Origin: Dimorphilus gyrociliatus
Lineage: Eukaryota; Animalia; Annelida
Direction of reading: 5' to 3'
DNA length: 64,000 bases
Assembly (NCBI GenBank): GCA_904063045.1
Contig: CAJFCJ010000007.1
Location: forward strand, 1,929,404 to 1,993,403
Made by a program: the position numbers and the translations under genes. The notes under the pieces are model-generated. The model was not told the DNA's origin. It made no database searches and was given only the letters and a program-made list of their open reading frames with translations. Positions 1 to 14,433 of this stretch are shown one piece after another (within the stretch, counting starts at the first letter, position 1; each line of letters starts with the position of its first letter).

Positions 1-3000
1 AAATGAAAAAAGTAAATGTAATATACATATTCCTTTTGTCAGATCTTCTATCCTGTCTTCTTTAAGAGTCTCTTCTAACAGTATTTTACAAAAATGTTGC
101 ACATTCATTAAGCTTAAACTATATCGAAATTTGTGGATGTCTGACGTTTTAACAAATCCAGCACTTAGAATGTCTCTAAACACCTTTAACAAATAGTCTT
201 CAACGTTCAAATCTTCTTCTATAAAGTAGAAAGGAACATGCTGATTTCCCGCATTGGCCAATAATACCAGGGGGTTTCTTACATCATCAACAATTTTTTC
301 CAAAAGTATGCCCCTATCTTCCGTATTACTCCTGCTAAAATGGTCAGCTAGATCTACTGCTTTTATCCGCTTGGAATGTTCTAACAGATTTGCATAGCTA
401 CAAAGCCATACGGCCATTACGGCCGCTATAGAGCACATTTCGCTTTTAATATTGAAAACGATTTCCTGTAGTTAAAAATTGTCGTCAAGTTGGAAAATGA
501 AATGTGAAAGGAACTCTTACGGAAATACAATATTCATCAGGAAAATTGTTATCTATGTGGGATTTTACAATGAGACTATAAGCTTTCATAACAGAAAAAC
601 ACACTCGCACCCAGTCAAAGTTAGAATCGATTTCCCTAAAATTAAAAATCTTCAGTTGAAGAAAAAAAATATCTTATGAAAACATACCGAAATGGAACTC
701 TTCTAGATCGTAACATATTTTCAAGAATATAGTTAACAAGACTTTCATCCTGTTCAGTCTCAAACATACAAGGGACCATATATTTTCCAAATTTATCAGG
801 TAAACAAGTCATTAAAAATGAAAATAGGGCGGTTTTCTGATCGCTTTCGTTTACTTCAAATAAAGTCTACAAGAAATTAATATTTCATTAAATTTTCACA
901 AAAATTTCATAGGTAAAAAACCTCATTGCCATGATTTAATGTTATTGCTATCAACATTAGTAACGAAATATCAAAAATGGAGCTTCCTTCTAATTGAGAT
1001 TCGCTTCGACTAATGTACATTTGAGTGAAGCTAATAAAAAAAAATTTCCGTTTAAAACTATTCGTATAACGAAATTAGATAACTAACCGAAAAAAAGTTG
1101 AGGTCAAAGTTTTCAAAGTCATGGTGAAAGAAGCCGCCGTTGTTAATAGACCGAAGCTTTTACCAGATATCAAATTGTTCAATATTGTTGATAAACTTTC
1201 CGATGGAGGAGAGTTATCAATTTGATCATCGTATTCCTGACCTAACCTAACCTAAATGAATTAGATAGATTAGTTAATGTAATTATTAAAAAACCTTAAT
1301 ATCTACCACTCGATCTAAAATGCTCTCAAGGGGTTTTTGGGCTTTGATGATAAAACAGCATGAAGGAGCATTTGAGGGTGAATAGTGCCATAGTTCTTTA
1401 CGTTCGACATCCGGCAATAATGAATGTAATTCCCTATGATAGTTTCGATTGAAACAGTAAGAACTTTATTTTTATAAGTTTATTTTAATTCACCTGAGAG
1501 AGTGTAATTTCCTTTCTTGTTCTTCTGAGATAATTTTGTGTTTGTCGCGTAGTTCACTTAGAAAAAACCCCAATGTATTACATCTGTAATAAACAAAACT
1601 TTTAATTTATTAATTATATCATATATAGAAATTACCCAGCCCGTTTATCCGCCTTGTCAAATAAAGATCCATACTTGACCAACATCTCAAGGGCAGAAAA
1701 AAGATTCAAGTTACCACATGATTCTAGTTGAACCATCTGCTTTAATACCAATGGCACCTATAAAGTATTATTGTTAGTGCAAGTTCAAAAAAAGACATAT
1801 TTATTGGTTACCTTTAGATATAAATGAGCATTTACTTTTATTTCATCATCATTGTCTGTGCCGTCATGCAAGGTTAACCAGCTGGCTCTCAAAAATTCTT
1901 TGTATAATTTACAACGTTTTAAGTCGTGTAGCTTTTCCAAATTCAATAAACAATTGACAACTGTATCTGTTTGACTTGGTTGATGAACAGCTTCCATTGC
2001 ACATAACATTGAAATACTTAAATTTAGTGACTGGTTGTTTGACTCTATTAAGTGGCATTTAGATGTTAAAGCTCTTTTTTCGTGAAAGCTGTTTTAAAAA
2101 ATCATCATTGTTTATAGATAATGTTCGCAAACTTTAAATATAGGCTTTTTCTTACTGAAGTAAATTTGAGAGAGAGAACTTGACAGAAGTTTTGAAGGAT
2201 TCATCTAAATCTAGTCGATCTAGATAATTTTCATAGTTAATCACTTTTGTATTAAGATTACTGAGTTGATCTGAAATTAAATGGAATTAGAGACTTGATT
2301 AAAGTTTCACATATTGATTATATGTACCGGGATGTCCAGCAATGGCGATTTTTAATAGGGCGAGTATATATTCATTGTTTATAATAAAATTTAAGCATTT
2401 GAGATGGATAGGAAAAACATTTTCTTCATACTCTCTTAATGAACTCACAGAACACTGTTGACAACATTTCGTAGCCAGCAAAATCAACCAATCCAAAAGC
2501 GAAAATATCATTGAGCTTGATGCTAATCCATTTTCGCCTTTATTTCTGTTGGAAATCGACAAACACAAATTATTCAAGGTATTACGATAAATATTAGTAT
2601 TAAAATCTTACAAGAAAGATTGCAATAAAGAATGAATTAAATTAAGGATAGCTTTAGCGCAGAGAGGTTTTGATTCAATGTGGACTTGTGTTATTTTTTC
2701 AACGGCAGATTTGTAGCTGATTTTCTGCAAAGAAGAGAATACTAAGACTATGAAAATATTAATAAAGCCTATAGTTACCCAAGAAGAGATTGAGTGCTTC
2801 AAGTAACTAAGAATCAAATCATTTGGAGCATCTCCTACGAAAGCTTCGCCCAATAAACATTCTGTATTGCATTAAAAACATAGATATTTTTATATGAAAT
2901 CTGTAGATGTATACAACCTGCTAATAAACTATCGTCTAAGTAATGTCTGAAAGAAAATTTATTTATTTCAATTCCCCATTGTATTTCATCATATCGGCTT

Positions 3001-3065
3001 CTCCAAGCTTTTAAGATTATATCCATAATAGCTGATTTTGTATCAGCATTCTCGATTTTAAACAT
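1..3065 (-). CDS. MED24: Mediator subunit 24, multi-exon; the 3' part runs off the window start
   Basis: ATG at 3065. The N-terminus IMDIILKAWRSRYDEIQWGIEI...GEAFVGDAPNDLILSYLKHSISS parallels human MED24 (LKQAILQAWKERWSDYQWAI...IGPSPNPLILSYLKYAISS). The exon at about 27-470 reads KSEMCSIAAVMAVWLCSYANLL...VFRDILSAGFV, paralleling the MED24 C-terminal half. Similarity recalled, not searched. Confidence 0.88.
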
Positions 3066-3177
3066 GATTAGTAATTATATTGACTATAGTAGATATTTAA
3101 GACATCGAAAATAAGGATTCTCACGATTATGTGTGAACGGTTAGATTTCTTAAAACCGGTTTGATATTATGCGTAAT

Positions 3178-3189
3178 TGCGCATGCGCA
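3178..3189. promoter_or_regulatory. NRF1/Ewg-type palindrome TGCGCATGCGCA in the 309-bp divergent MED24/ATG9 promoter
   Basis: Perfect 12-bp palindrome matching the NRF1 consensus between head-to-head ATGs at 3065 and 3375. Confidence 0.6.
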
Positions 3190-3374
3190 GTACACTCTAA
3201 ACAGTAAACAAGACATTGCTAAACACAAAGAAATCATTTTATTTTTATGCTTTGATTAATATCTGCAGACATTAATCTTTACAGAATCATACTTAATTGA
3301 ATAAATTCTTAAATGACAAACTTTTAATATCTAAACGATAAAGCTAATAATAGTTACATCAACTACCAGCTGAG

Positions 3375-6300
3375 ATGAGCGAAGAAATTTTAACTGGTTA
3401 TCAGACTTTGAAGACAAATGAAGAGGATTCACCACCTAGTCCAAAAATAGTTGAACACTCAAGCCAAAAGAAAAGCAGTAAGTATCTTAAATCTTTATAG
3501 TCTAAAAATTGATGTTTGGGTTTTAGCTAGATGGAGTCATATACAAAATTTGGATGAATTTTTTACTCGGGTATATCAATATCATCAAAGAGGTGGATTT
3601 TTGGCAATGGTTATTGAAGATTGGATGCAGCTATTGTAAGTCACTCTTTTTAAATATACCAAACTTTTATTTAGAATGAAATACACAGACAATTCGCGTT
3701 TATTATTGGCTTTTCTTCTTTCCTTTTGAAATGTGTCAAGTATGATGTACTTTTTCATGAAACCAAATTGCTAAATGGAACAGAAAAAGTTACTTTGAGT
3801 GATGGCGTTTTCAGTGTTGAGCAATGTTTTGAAAGGTGCGTTTCATTACACTATATACAGTATAAATATTAAACCGTTAACATTCAATTAAAAACAATAG
3901 ATTCGATCCTCTAATGATAATAGTTCTAATTGTGGCTGTGGTTTTGGCTTTACTGAAAACATGCAGAAATATTTACAATTCGTTTCAATACTATGACATG
4001 CGTAATTTTTACTCCCAAGTCTTAGAAATTACATCAGTAAGTTAAGAAAAAAATTTAAATAATATATTCCACAAAACAGTTCTAAAAATATCTAAAAAAA
4101 ACAGCAAGATCTGGGGAGTTTTACTTGGCATGAAATACAGTCAAAGTTGCTTTTAGGACAAACCGAACATCATTTATGCATTCATAAACATGACCTGACT
4201 CAGCTAGATATTTATCATAGAATTTTGCGGTTCAAAAATTATGAAGTGGCTATGATTAATAAAAAAGTTATAAATTTACAATTTAAGCTTCCCTTTCTTG
4301 GAGAATGGTAAGGAAAAATATCCAACTGTTCCTCTAATAATTTAATTCATGTTATTTCCATTATAGTGTCCTCTTCAGTAATACTTTGAAATATAATTTG
4401 GAGATAATTCTCTTTTGTAAGTACTGAATCTTTTATTTGTTCCATGTATAATCACTCATTATCATTAGGGGGTCCTTGGAGTCCATTTGAAAATCATTGG
4501 CATTTGAAGTCAGATTATAGAAATTATCATAAGCGCAAAGAATTGGCTGCACAGTAAGAATCATGTAAAGAAAATTATATACTAATTTAAAGTTTTCAGA
4601 TTATCAAGTCGAATATTTTGGATAGGCATAATTAACTTATTAGTTTCGCCTTTAAGTTTTCTATGGATTATCCTTTATTCATTCTTTAGATATGCAGAGG
4701 TAGGGATGATGTTACAGTAACAATTTGCAGCGTTATTTATTCGTTTCAGTTATGTAAAAGAGATCCTAGCATACTGGGATTAAGAATGTGGTCGCTTTAT
4801 TCTCGCTTATACTTAAGACACTTTAATGAACTGGAACATGAATTTATGTCAAGGCTGAATAGAGCCTATAAGTATTCAGTCCGATACATGGATTCCTTTA
4901 CACTTCCAATTACAGTAATTTTTGCTAAGTAATATCTTAAGACAATCCAATCTTAGAAATTAATAGCTATTTTTCATAGATACACCGTGTTTTTTTGTGG
5001 AAGTATTCTCATCGTTTTCGTAGTTTTAACCGTGATAGATGAAGATATTCTAGCAGTTCAGCATGTTATAGGCACTATGACAGTGCTAACAATAATTTGC
5101 TCTATTGGAAGGGCATGTATACCGGACGAAGTGAAGATATTTTCATATTTTACACTACATTTTACATAGAAGGCTTTTACTTTTCAGAATATGGTTTGGA
5201 GTCCGGAGATACTCATGCGAAGTATTTTAAGTCAAATACACTATATGCCTGAACACTGGAAGGGACAAGCTCACAAATTTCCTGTACGAGATGAATTTTC
5301 GCAGCTATTTCAGTATAAGTTTGTTAGTAATATTAAAACAAAGTCTTCCCATTTAAAAAAATTCTTGTAATCTCATTTGCAGAGCTATTTACTAGGCGAG
5401 CTATTTAGCCCAATAACCACTCCCCTTGTGCTCATTTTCTCCTCACGTAACAAAGCCCTTGATATTGTTGATTTCTTTCGGAATTTTACTGTTGAAGTGA
5501 CTGGTGTCGGGGATGTTTGTTCATTTGCCCAAATGGATATAAGAAAACACGCAAGTCCTGAATGGATGGTTTCAGAGACATCGACAGAAGCTAATGATTA
5601 CCGACAAGCTGAAAATGGAAAAGCCGCTCTGTCTTTAATTCACTTTAAAGTTTGTTACTCTTATTTCATGACAAGAAGCTGAGAAATTGTTTCCTTACAG
5701 TACACAAATCCAGAATGGGTTCCACCAGAAGACGAGAGCAAATTTTTGAACTCAGTTAGAGCACACAGTTAGTATAAAAGTGATAATTGTAAAGCTAAGT
5801 TTCATTAATCTCATTTTAATTAAAAGTGACGAGGGATGTTGCACAACTGGGATTGAATCCAGGTGCTGAAGCAATGTTCAATTCAATGCGAAGTTCGGAT
5901 GGTTTACCCTCAGTAAGAATATTTTTCGTTTTCTTGAACAAGGCTTAAAGATAATATTCTTCACAGATTTCTCAACCTAACTTAGCTGACGATGGAGTTA
6001 GGGTGAGAGGAGCTCATCATATAGAGGGTCCTCTGAGCAATAGCTTGAACTCTTTTGCTAGTTTGGGAACAATTCAAAAGAATCCTAACGAAGAGCAAAT
6101 AGAAATTTTGACAAATGAGATGAATCTGTCCGCTCTTTATCTTCATGACATAAGACGACAGAAAAAGAAAGTTCAACGCGAGCCTTTCATATCAGGGATA
6201 TCAGAACAGGAAAGTCTGCGAACTGCCATGTCTCATATTAGGGAAGAACCTAGTGAGACGGATTGGCCATCCCTGAAACTACCATCGTCTGTTCAATCTG

Positions 6301-6404
6301 GAAAAGAGTTGTTTAGAACATCTCTGACTTCGTCTACTAGAACAATAGATGAACAAAAGCCGCTGCTGCAGTATGATGAAAGAGACGAAGATGACATTGT
6401 GTGA
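3375..6404 (+). CDS. ATG9: Autophagy-related protein 9 (lipid scramblase), multi-exon
   Basis: Conserved motifs RWSHIQNLDEFFTRVYQYHQRGGF, YLLGELFSPITTPLVLIF, DFFRNFTVEVTGVGDVCSFAQMD, ENGKAALSLIHF and EMNLSALYLH. ATG at 3375, stop TGA at 6402-6404, about 50-nt GT-AG introns. Confidence 0.95.
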
Positions 6405-6511
6405 GAACAGTATTTTCTTGTCCTAGTTAACTATACATTTTATTAAGATATTATGAGCAGGATGTAAAAATTATTTTTATTATACTATTGTACATAAGGT
6501 AAACATTTTTT

Positions 6512-7864
6512 TCAAACAATTGATTTCTTTGAGCGTTTAGGGGATTCTTCATCATTTTTCAAAGCCTTACGTTTTCTTATTTGAAGTTTACTCATATCCT
6601 GTGGAGTCATGTGAATTTGACCGTGAACGTTACCGAACACATCTTGCGATTTATTTTTGACTTTTCTTTCCTAAATATAAATTTAAACATATAACTAGTT
6701 AACCTATTTCAATAGGAAAAATATCTAACCTTTGCAGCTTTAGGCACTTTGCAAGCCTTTTTAAATAGATCGTCAGAAGCGAGCTTGGTTCTCCTAATGC
6801 TTAGATCAAGTGAAGGTCCAATTTCATCCAATTCGATACGAGGAGTTTTCTGACCAGACTTTTTCAACATAATTTTGTAACTCCTTAATAAAATTTTCTC
6901 ATTTACGTAAGAAAAGCTAAGTACATGCTCTAGACCTTGAAGCGTAATGTTTTTCACTACAGGTCCCCTAAAAAAGTCTGATAAAAGGGTTGAATTTTAA
7001 TAACTCATCTGTCACACAAATTATTTTACCAATAAATAGATTCTTAATTCTTAAGAGTTGAGGATCTTCACTAAATTCCAAACCGTTAAAGACAAGGCAA
7101 GGCTTTGTTCCTAGACAGCATTTCTCTTTCTGAAATTTTTGTATGGTAACTTTGAAATTGTCAGAAAACAAAATGCAGTAATTATTACTTTGAATTCACT
7201 CATGCCCTTGAATTTTTCAACTCCAAATTCCGCCATATCCAAAATATGGTAGTCAAAGAACCGACCTATTTATTAATTGTAAATTTTTAATTTTCTAACA
7301 AATTAAAATATTCCTACCAAATACAAGATTATGAGGACGCTTTTTTGAGTGTGAGCCAAATAGAAGTAATGATGAATCCGATCGTTGTGAGAAAAACTCC
7401 TGAAAAATTATTTAAGTTGTTCATCACTTTAATGGAATTATAGTATTATAATGAATTTTGTCTATATTCTTACAACTGATGAGGTGTCTTCGAAAGGTCT
7501 CGTTATGTTTTTCCTGTAATACAAGAGATATAAACATGAACGATACTTTTTCAGACTTACTTTTTGTACAATACAGAATTCATCTTCTTCAGAGCATACT
7601 GATTGAGGGAAATAAACAAATGTAGCTGCATCATTATTATCAGATATATTACTTACTATATCTTTCAGAACGTCGATTATAACCTGGGATGTCTGGCCCC
7701 CTTTTATGATCATAGCATTTTTATCATTTTCATGTATTTTTGGAGCCCGATTTTCCAAAGCTCTCTTAGATCGCTGGGTCTTTGGTTTTCTATTAAAGAA
7801 AGTATGTTTAATAGTATTTTAAGCAAGATTTTTGCTAAACTTACACAACTCGCTGCAGAGCCAT
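6512..7864 (-). CDS. RPF2: Ribosome production factor 2 homolog (Brix domain), multi-exon
   Basis: MALQRVV|[50 protein letters not shown] and [29 protein letters not shown] match RPF2. Stop TGA at 6512-6514. Confidence 0.95.
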
Positions 7865-9399
7865 GTGTTTTTCATAGATTTGGAATACAAATAATCGAAT
7901 TGAACCGATATCAGAAAATACTTTTGGTGATTTATCAGAAAGCAAGATCGTTTGTATTTCTAAAAAGGTTTTTATATAAAATCGACAAAATATTCCAACA
8001 TAGGCATTGAATCGATTATCTATTCGATACTAATCGATTTTAGAATTATGAGTGTTGCGCCTAAGGGCGATATTACAGCGATCTTGTATTCATTTTATCA
8101 TTGTTATTTTTCTAAGAGAGGTTTTGTTGAAAGATACTTATAAGAACAATATTACAAATATTCAAATTTAGTTTTAATACGAAAGTTAAATATTAAAACA
8201 CTGTAATGCTTTATAATCACATGCCGAATGGCCAAATGCTTTTCAATTAATTAGGTTTTAGACAATACAGTAGGTACAATCGAAATATTTCAAGCTCTGT
8301 ATTTTTTATGAGAAATACTTAACCAATTTTAATAATTTTTTTATGCTGTAGCCTACATATCTGCTCTAGAAATATTAACAATTACTTTTTTAATAGTCCC
8401 TTCCATTCTCTATGTCTATATATATATATTCTAAATATTTCTGTTAGCAGGTTTCGACCCCTTAAAAGTCTTCAAATACAAAAATTATCTTAAGCCTACA
8501 TTATTTCTTAATTGACACGACAACGGCGTTTACAACTTTTTGACGTTTGATTTTCAAAAACTTCAGATATACTTAAACTATAAGTATTAAACTTTTCTTT
8601 TAATTATGTTTTAGGCGTTCAATAACCTGGAAAAGCACCATGTAGCTAAGCGATAAAAGAAATCGATTCAAATTAATCAATTGTTTATTGCTTTTAAAGA
8701 TTTAACGAACTCTCAAAGCATATCTTTAAACTAGAATTGTTTATTATTTCTTTTCATTTGTGTATTAAAAATTTTCTTATGAAAATTGGAGCAGGTATTT
8801 AATATATTATTAATACACGTGTGGCTGAAGCAAAAACCGGAAAATCAATAAACTTTGTCGCTTTGGAGACTGAAAAAGTTCAATGAAACGCTAGCTCATG
8901 ACTAATTCTTTGGAAAAACTATACCTGTTTGTTTGTCTAAAAATAGATTCTCAGCTATGACGAGACTAGGATCGATATTGTCTTGAATCAAAATCACGTA
9001 AACGATGAGCATGAGCTTTTAGGTTGTTCTAAACCATTCTAAAGCCTATTGTATCAAAAAACTTTTAAATTAATCTAAACAAAGAGATCCACAGTTGAGC
9101 AAATATTTCTTAGGCTATTTAATACCAATTAACTAATTATTTAATAGAGTGTTTTTCAAGTTGAAAAATTCACCAAACTTTTAAATATTTCTTTAATATT
9201 TACATATATACTAAACATTGAATAAATATCTAATGTTTGTATTCACTTGGATATAAAAGAATGTTTGCTTTCATTGGGCTACAAGTGTTCAAGTATGTAA
9301 AGTTCATTTGAAACCGAAAATACAATGTCTTAATTGTCATTACGTTTTATTAAATCTCATCTTGGCAATAAAATTCTATTGCGTTATATCTAACAATAT

Positions 9400-9907
9400 T
9401 TAAGGGTTAGTAGTAGTTGTTGTTGTTTGCATGACGATTGGAGCTTGCTGTTGCATTACGACACCGACACTCTTATGGCGAGATTCCCATTCATTTCTTA
9501 CTTGACACAGGACACAGCAAGGGCAAAGATGATTTATAATGCAATCACCGCAAATACTCCCATGGATATTAAACTTGCCTCGAATATGAGCACGAACAGC
9601 AGTCCAAGTGGCTGGCTGTCCAGCTAGCAAACATAAAGCTTCTTCGTGTAGTTGACAAGTTACATAACATTGATATATCGGATAGCAGAAACAAGCGGCT
9701 AGACCTAAAAAAATTAAGAAAATTTTACTTTAAGAAAAAAAAAAGCAAAATCTTATTACATCCTGGAATGTTATCGAAACAGCTACACAATCCGTGTATC
9801 CATTCGTTGTTAGCATAGCCCATTTGCTGGGGGACCATTGGTTGAGCAACCTAAAGTTAAATAATTAAGAAAAGTTCATTTTTGAAGTATTTTCAACTGA
9901 CCTGCAT
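9400..9907 (-). CDS. PLAC8/cornifelin family Cys-rich protein, 3 exons
   Basis: Spliced product MQ|VAQPMVPSKMGYANNEWIHGLCSCFDNIPGC|LAACFCYPIYQC...RAHIRGKFNIHGSICGDCIINHLCPCCVLCQVRNEW carries the PLAC8-domain signature (W..GLCSCFD, IRGK..I.GS.C.DC, CPCC.LCQ). Confidence 0.88.
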
Positions 9908-10256
9908 GACTTTCTTTTACTGCAGTAGAATATTCAAGCTAGATTGTAAATAGTTAAAGTTCGCTGTTCGACCGAATGCAAATGAATTTTCGTTCAATAT
10001 AGGTGGCTACGCAACACGTTACTACGAGCACCAAGCAAAACAACTTATCACCACTTCTCAGCTGCTAGTTAGATCCCACTGAACAATTAATTGACTGCAT
10101 GTGTTTAAATAATAAGACAGTATGAAATACCCTCATCCATATAGAATGTTTAGACATCATGATATGAAATAAAAGACAACATTAGGTTCAATGGAAAAGT
10201 TCAAGAAACTGTGTCATGTTAACATTCACATTACATGACATCTTTCATATATTCAT

Positions 10257-10286
<30 letters not shown>
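10257..10286. repeat. (TA)n microsatellite
   Basis: Uninterrupted run of TA dinucleotides. Confidence 0.9.
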
Positions 10287-10287
<1 letters not shown>

Positions 10288-10633
10288 TTATATATGTATT
10301 ATATCAAATTATTTAGCCTAAATGGTATTAAGTACCAATTAAAGAATTTTATCTATTAATAGTTTAATATCTTTAAATATTTCTAAAAGTCAGAGTAGCC
10401 AATCACAATTTCTCAAGATACACTGGATGACTACGCCATCTTTCGGACAATCTACTTTATACAGTTATCCAATACAAGTTCAATTAATGAAGCCAACTCT
10501 CTCCATCCTATGCTTTATTCTTTGATCATATACGGTATTGAGAACTTGCACGTCATTGTATAATTTAATCTCACAGATGAAATTATTGATAAGATAATAT
10601 CGAAATAATAGTACACTTGCTCAAAAGAGCACC

Positions 10634-13600
10634 ATGACAGAGGTTAAGTTTCATTGGGTTGATTATTTGGTTCTAGGAATCTTTTTATTTGGAACTGTTG
10701 GAATTGGAGCTATTTATGCATTCCTTGCTAAAAGATCTAAAAAAGAAGTTACAACAGATGACATTTTACGAGGTGGCGGAGGTCTACATTGGGCTCCTGT
10801 TGCTTTATCTATTCAAGCGTCATTTTTGTCCGCGATTTTTATACTTGGAATGCCTTCGGAAGTGTATCATCATGGAACAATGTATGCTTGGTTCATAATA
10901 TCGTACTTTATAGCATTTCCAATTTCGGCTCATACAACTTTAACAGTTTTTCATCGTTTAGGAATCACATCTTCAAATGAGGTATTTTTGACCTTGTGCT
11001 ATGTACAAAAAATAACCTCTAATGTAACATTACAAATACCCATTTAGTATTTGGAACGTCGTTTTAATAGGGTGGTTCGTCGAATGGCTACAGTAGTATT
11101 CTTAATTATGGTGGTACGTTCTCTCAAATAGGAGTTTTAGAATGGGCTTCTACTTTCACAACTTTTGCAGATTTTATACATGGCTGTTGTCCTTTACGCA
11201 CCATCTCTTGCCCTCAATAAGGTTACAGGATTAAAAATAGAGCTTTCAATAGTAATTATTGGCGGAGTGTGCACAATATACACAGCTTTAGGAGGTATGA
11301 AAGCAACTGTAGCGAATGATGTAATTCAAATGATGATAATTTTACTTGGATTAATTATCTTAAACGCATTTGGCATCCGTGATGCAGGAGGTATTACTAA
11401 TGTGTTTGATAACGCTAAACAAGGAGGTAGATGGGATTTTTATGAGTAAGTGTGAATTACTTGAAGATAAATAATATAATTAAGCTTTTTTTACGATAGA
11501 TTTAATCCAAATCCAACGATAAGACATTCGTTTTGGACACAAATTGTTGGTGGTACCTTTTTAAATATGACTATGTTTGGTGCAAACCAAACTATTATAC
11601 AAAAATTTGTCAGTGTTAAAAAACTTAAGGATGCCAGAAAGTAGCCTTTATTAAGTTTATTGCTCTCTTTATCATTTTAATTATTTCTTCTAGATCAATG
11701 TACGCTTGTTTAGCAACAACCTCTATATATTTCATATTAGTTATGTTACTTGGTCTAGTCATGTACAGTCGCTATATGACCTGTGATCCCACAATAACGG
11801 GAAAAATTGACAAAAAAGATCAACTAGTACCTTTTTTTACAATGGATATTCTCAGGAGTTATAAAGGTCTTCCAGGGTGAGTCGAAAGTAAAAAATAACA
11901 AAAGGCTACTAATCCAATAAGCATAAAGAAAAGTTATTGTATTTGTTGCAAATTGACAACTAATATGATTCAAAACAATCGAGATTAACAATTCAGCAAT
12001 ATATTTAAACTGTGCACACAATCTGTGTCGTTCCAAAAATAGTAATTAAAAAAGTATGCATTATTTGCTTAATTTGTCACGTCACGAAATAAAGAGACAT
12101 GGCCTATATGTGATGATATATCTGAACAGCTACAAGCAAGAATAGTTACAGTATATGCTTCGATAACAATATCCTACAAAAGACAACGACTTTTTAGAAA
12201 GCTTTAATGATTGTAAGATAAATTAACAGTTTCTTATCATTATCATTTATCTCGTAGAGATTAAGTTTGTTTATAAACGTAAATGTATATGATTTTAGAT
12301 TGTTTTTGGCGACGACTTTCAGTGCAGCCTTATCTTCCATTGCTGGAGGTTTAAATGCAATAGCAGCGGTTTTAGTTGAGGACGTTATTAAACCAATATT
12401 TCGACATAAGACAAAGAGAGAGCTGTCGGCCGTAAAAGGAGGGACTATTGCAAGACTCATAGGTAGAGGCGCCACCTGTTATTTAAATTTTAATTATACC
12501 AAAACGCCATCTTGCAGTTTTCCTGTTCGGAGCGCTTACTATTGGATTGAGCTTTATTGTACAGTTTTTGGGAGATACAGTTCTGCAATTAGCCCTCAGC
12601 ATCTTTGGCTTCGTGGGAGGGCCTATATTTGGGCTATTTATTCTAGGCATGTTCATCCCTTGGACTAATTCGCTAGTAAGTGAGCTCGCGCTACTGCTTA
12701 CTGATAATAGGTTCTCAACGTGATCTTACGTAATCGTTTAACGAAGCGGCGGCTATTATTGATGACAATAATCTTACGTGAATTTCGTTAGCGTTAACAG
12801 ATTGTCTAAAGGTGCTTTGCATAAGACAGGAATACCGGAATGTATAAGAGAGAATTTAATAATGTGTCAAGGGAATTTTTTGCAGGGGGCAGCCGCTGGA
12901 TTATTAGTCTCCTTAGCTTTTTCATCATGGGTGGCAATCGGAAAAATTGTTAGCAAATTTCCAATTCCATTAAAGAGGATGTCAGCAGAGTGTTTGAATT
13001 CAGCAAACTCAACGACTTCAGCCTATAATACTTGGGAGATGACAACATCGATACCAAGTTCAGAGAATCCGTAAGTTTGTTTATTATGACAAGGAATGTT
13101 TAAGTTTGCTCTTGCTCTTCAGATTGAAAAAATTCTACCGGCTCTCTTACTCGTATTATGCTTTGTTCGCGACGTTGATAGCCGTTATTGTCGGGTTGGG
13201 AGTAAGCTTCGCAACGGGTGCGTGTATATTTTATTTATAGACGGTATATATAAATATAGGTGTGTGTATATAGTGCTAGAACTCACACGAAGAAAGCAAT
13301 TTTAAAATGTAAACAGTCAATACAAAGAGAACAAATTAAAGTTTGGCCCGTTTAAACGTTCTCTTGTGATGAAGCGCGCTCCTTCTATTGAACCGTTCCA
13401 CTAAAACTTTGCGCAAACTTTTAATTCTGCGCTCTTTTTCTGATTCGAAAAGTCAACAAATTGTTGAATGCGTGTTTTTTTAAGGTGGCGTTGCAAAGGT
13501 GAGAAGGGGCGAAGATTTGTTGTTGTTGTGTATACAATACATATAATCTTATTTGTATATTTCCGGTATAGGTCGGAGTAAGCGAGATGAGCTCGACGAA

Positions 13601-13732
13601 CGTTTACTGTTCAAGTGGAATGATTGTTGTTCGCCAAAAACCGATTCTACCGAGCCAGATGAAAAGGAAATGCCGACTCAGAATGGCTACGACAATGCCG
13701 CATTTGACGATTTGAACACTTCCAAGTTGTAG
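10634..13732 (+). CDS. Sodium:solute symporter, SLC5 family (SMCT/NIS/SMVT-like), multi-exon
   Basis: Motifs [70 protein letters not shown] and [17 protein letters not shown]. Stop TAG at 13730-13732. The exact ortholog cannot be assigned by eye. Confidence 0.92.
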
Positions 13733-14433
13733 TGAAATACTTCAAGTATTTTTATTGCTGACCTATACGTATATATATGTAAAAATACTATTATCATAAA
13801 AGTTTTATTGCTTCAAGAGTTAAAGACAAAAATTTTAAAATAAGAAAATGCTGTCGTTCATACTTTATTGACGTTGCCAAGATGGTAGCTATAGACGCTT
13901 TATCGAACGCGCACACGCATCGTCGTTCGTTTGTATAAGTTTGTAGTTTTCGACCCGCCCACCATCGTCTTGTACAGTAATTGTTATTCAATTCTTACAC
14001 ATGAAAATAATTTTCAGAATAAGTTATATTTTTTTTGATAAATATTATGTGTACATTTACAACTCATATATATGCACTGTATTTATCTAGTACATATATA
14101 TGCATAAGTGTGTATGATATAAGGATAACATAAATAAATACATAAAAAAATAATAAATAAATAAATAAATAAATATATATATGTAGATTCTCTTTTGTTT
14201 GGTTGTGTGTTTGCGTGTTCGCGTACACTGTATAGGCCTGCTTTAAAATATATACAGTAATTCTTATACGCAAGCGCATATATAACGTAAAATGATTTCT
14301 TAAATTTATGCAATATATGCGTGCGTATACGCATTTACAAAATACAGCATATTAGAGGATAATATGATCATAAATTAATATACAGTGTAACTGTATACAT
14401 ACAGTATATTCATGCATGACGCACATAATTAAA

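Noticed and set aside
8435-8485. Minus-strand tttgaagac-ttttaaggg-gtcgaaac, resembling a Penelope-type hammerhead ribozyme core
   Set aside because: The CUGANGA box is degenerate and stem III lacks the closing G-U-H. At best a decayed relic.
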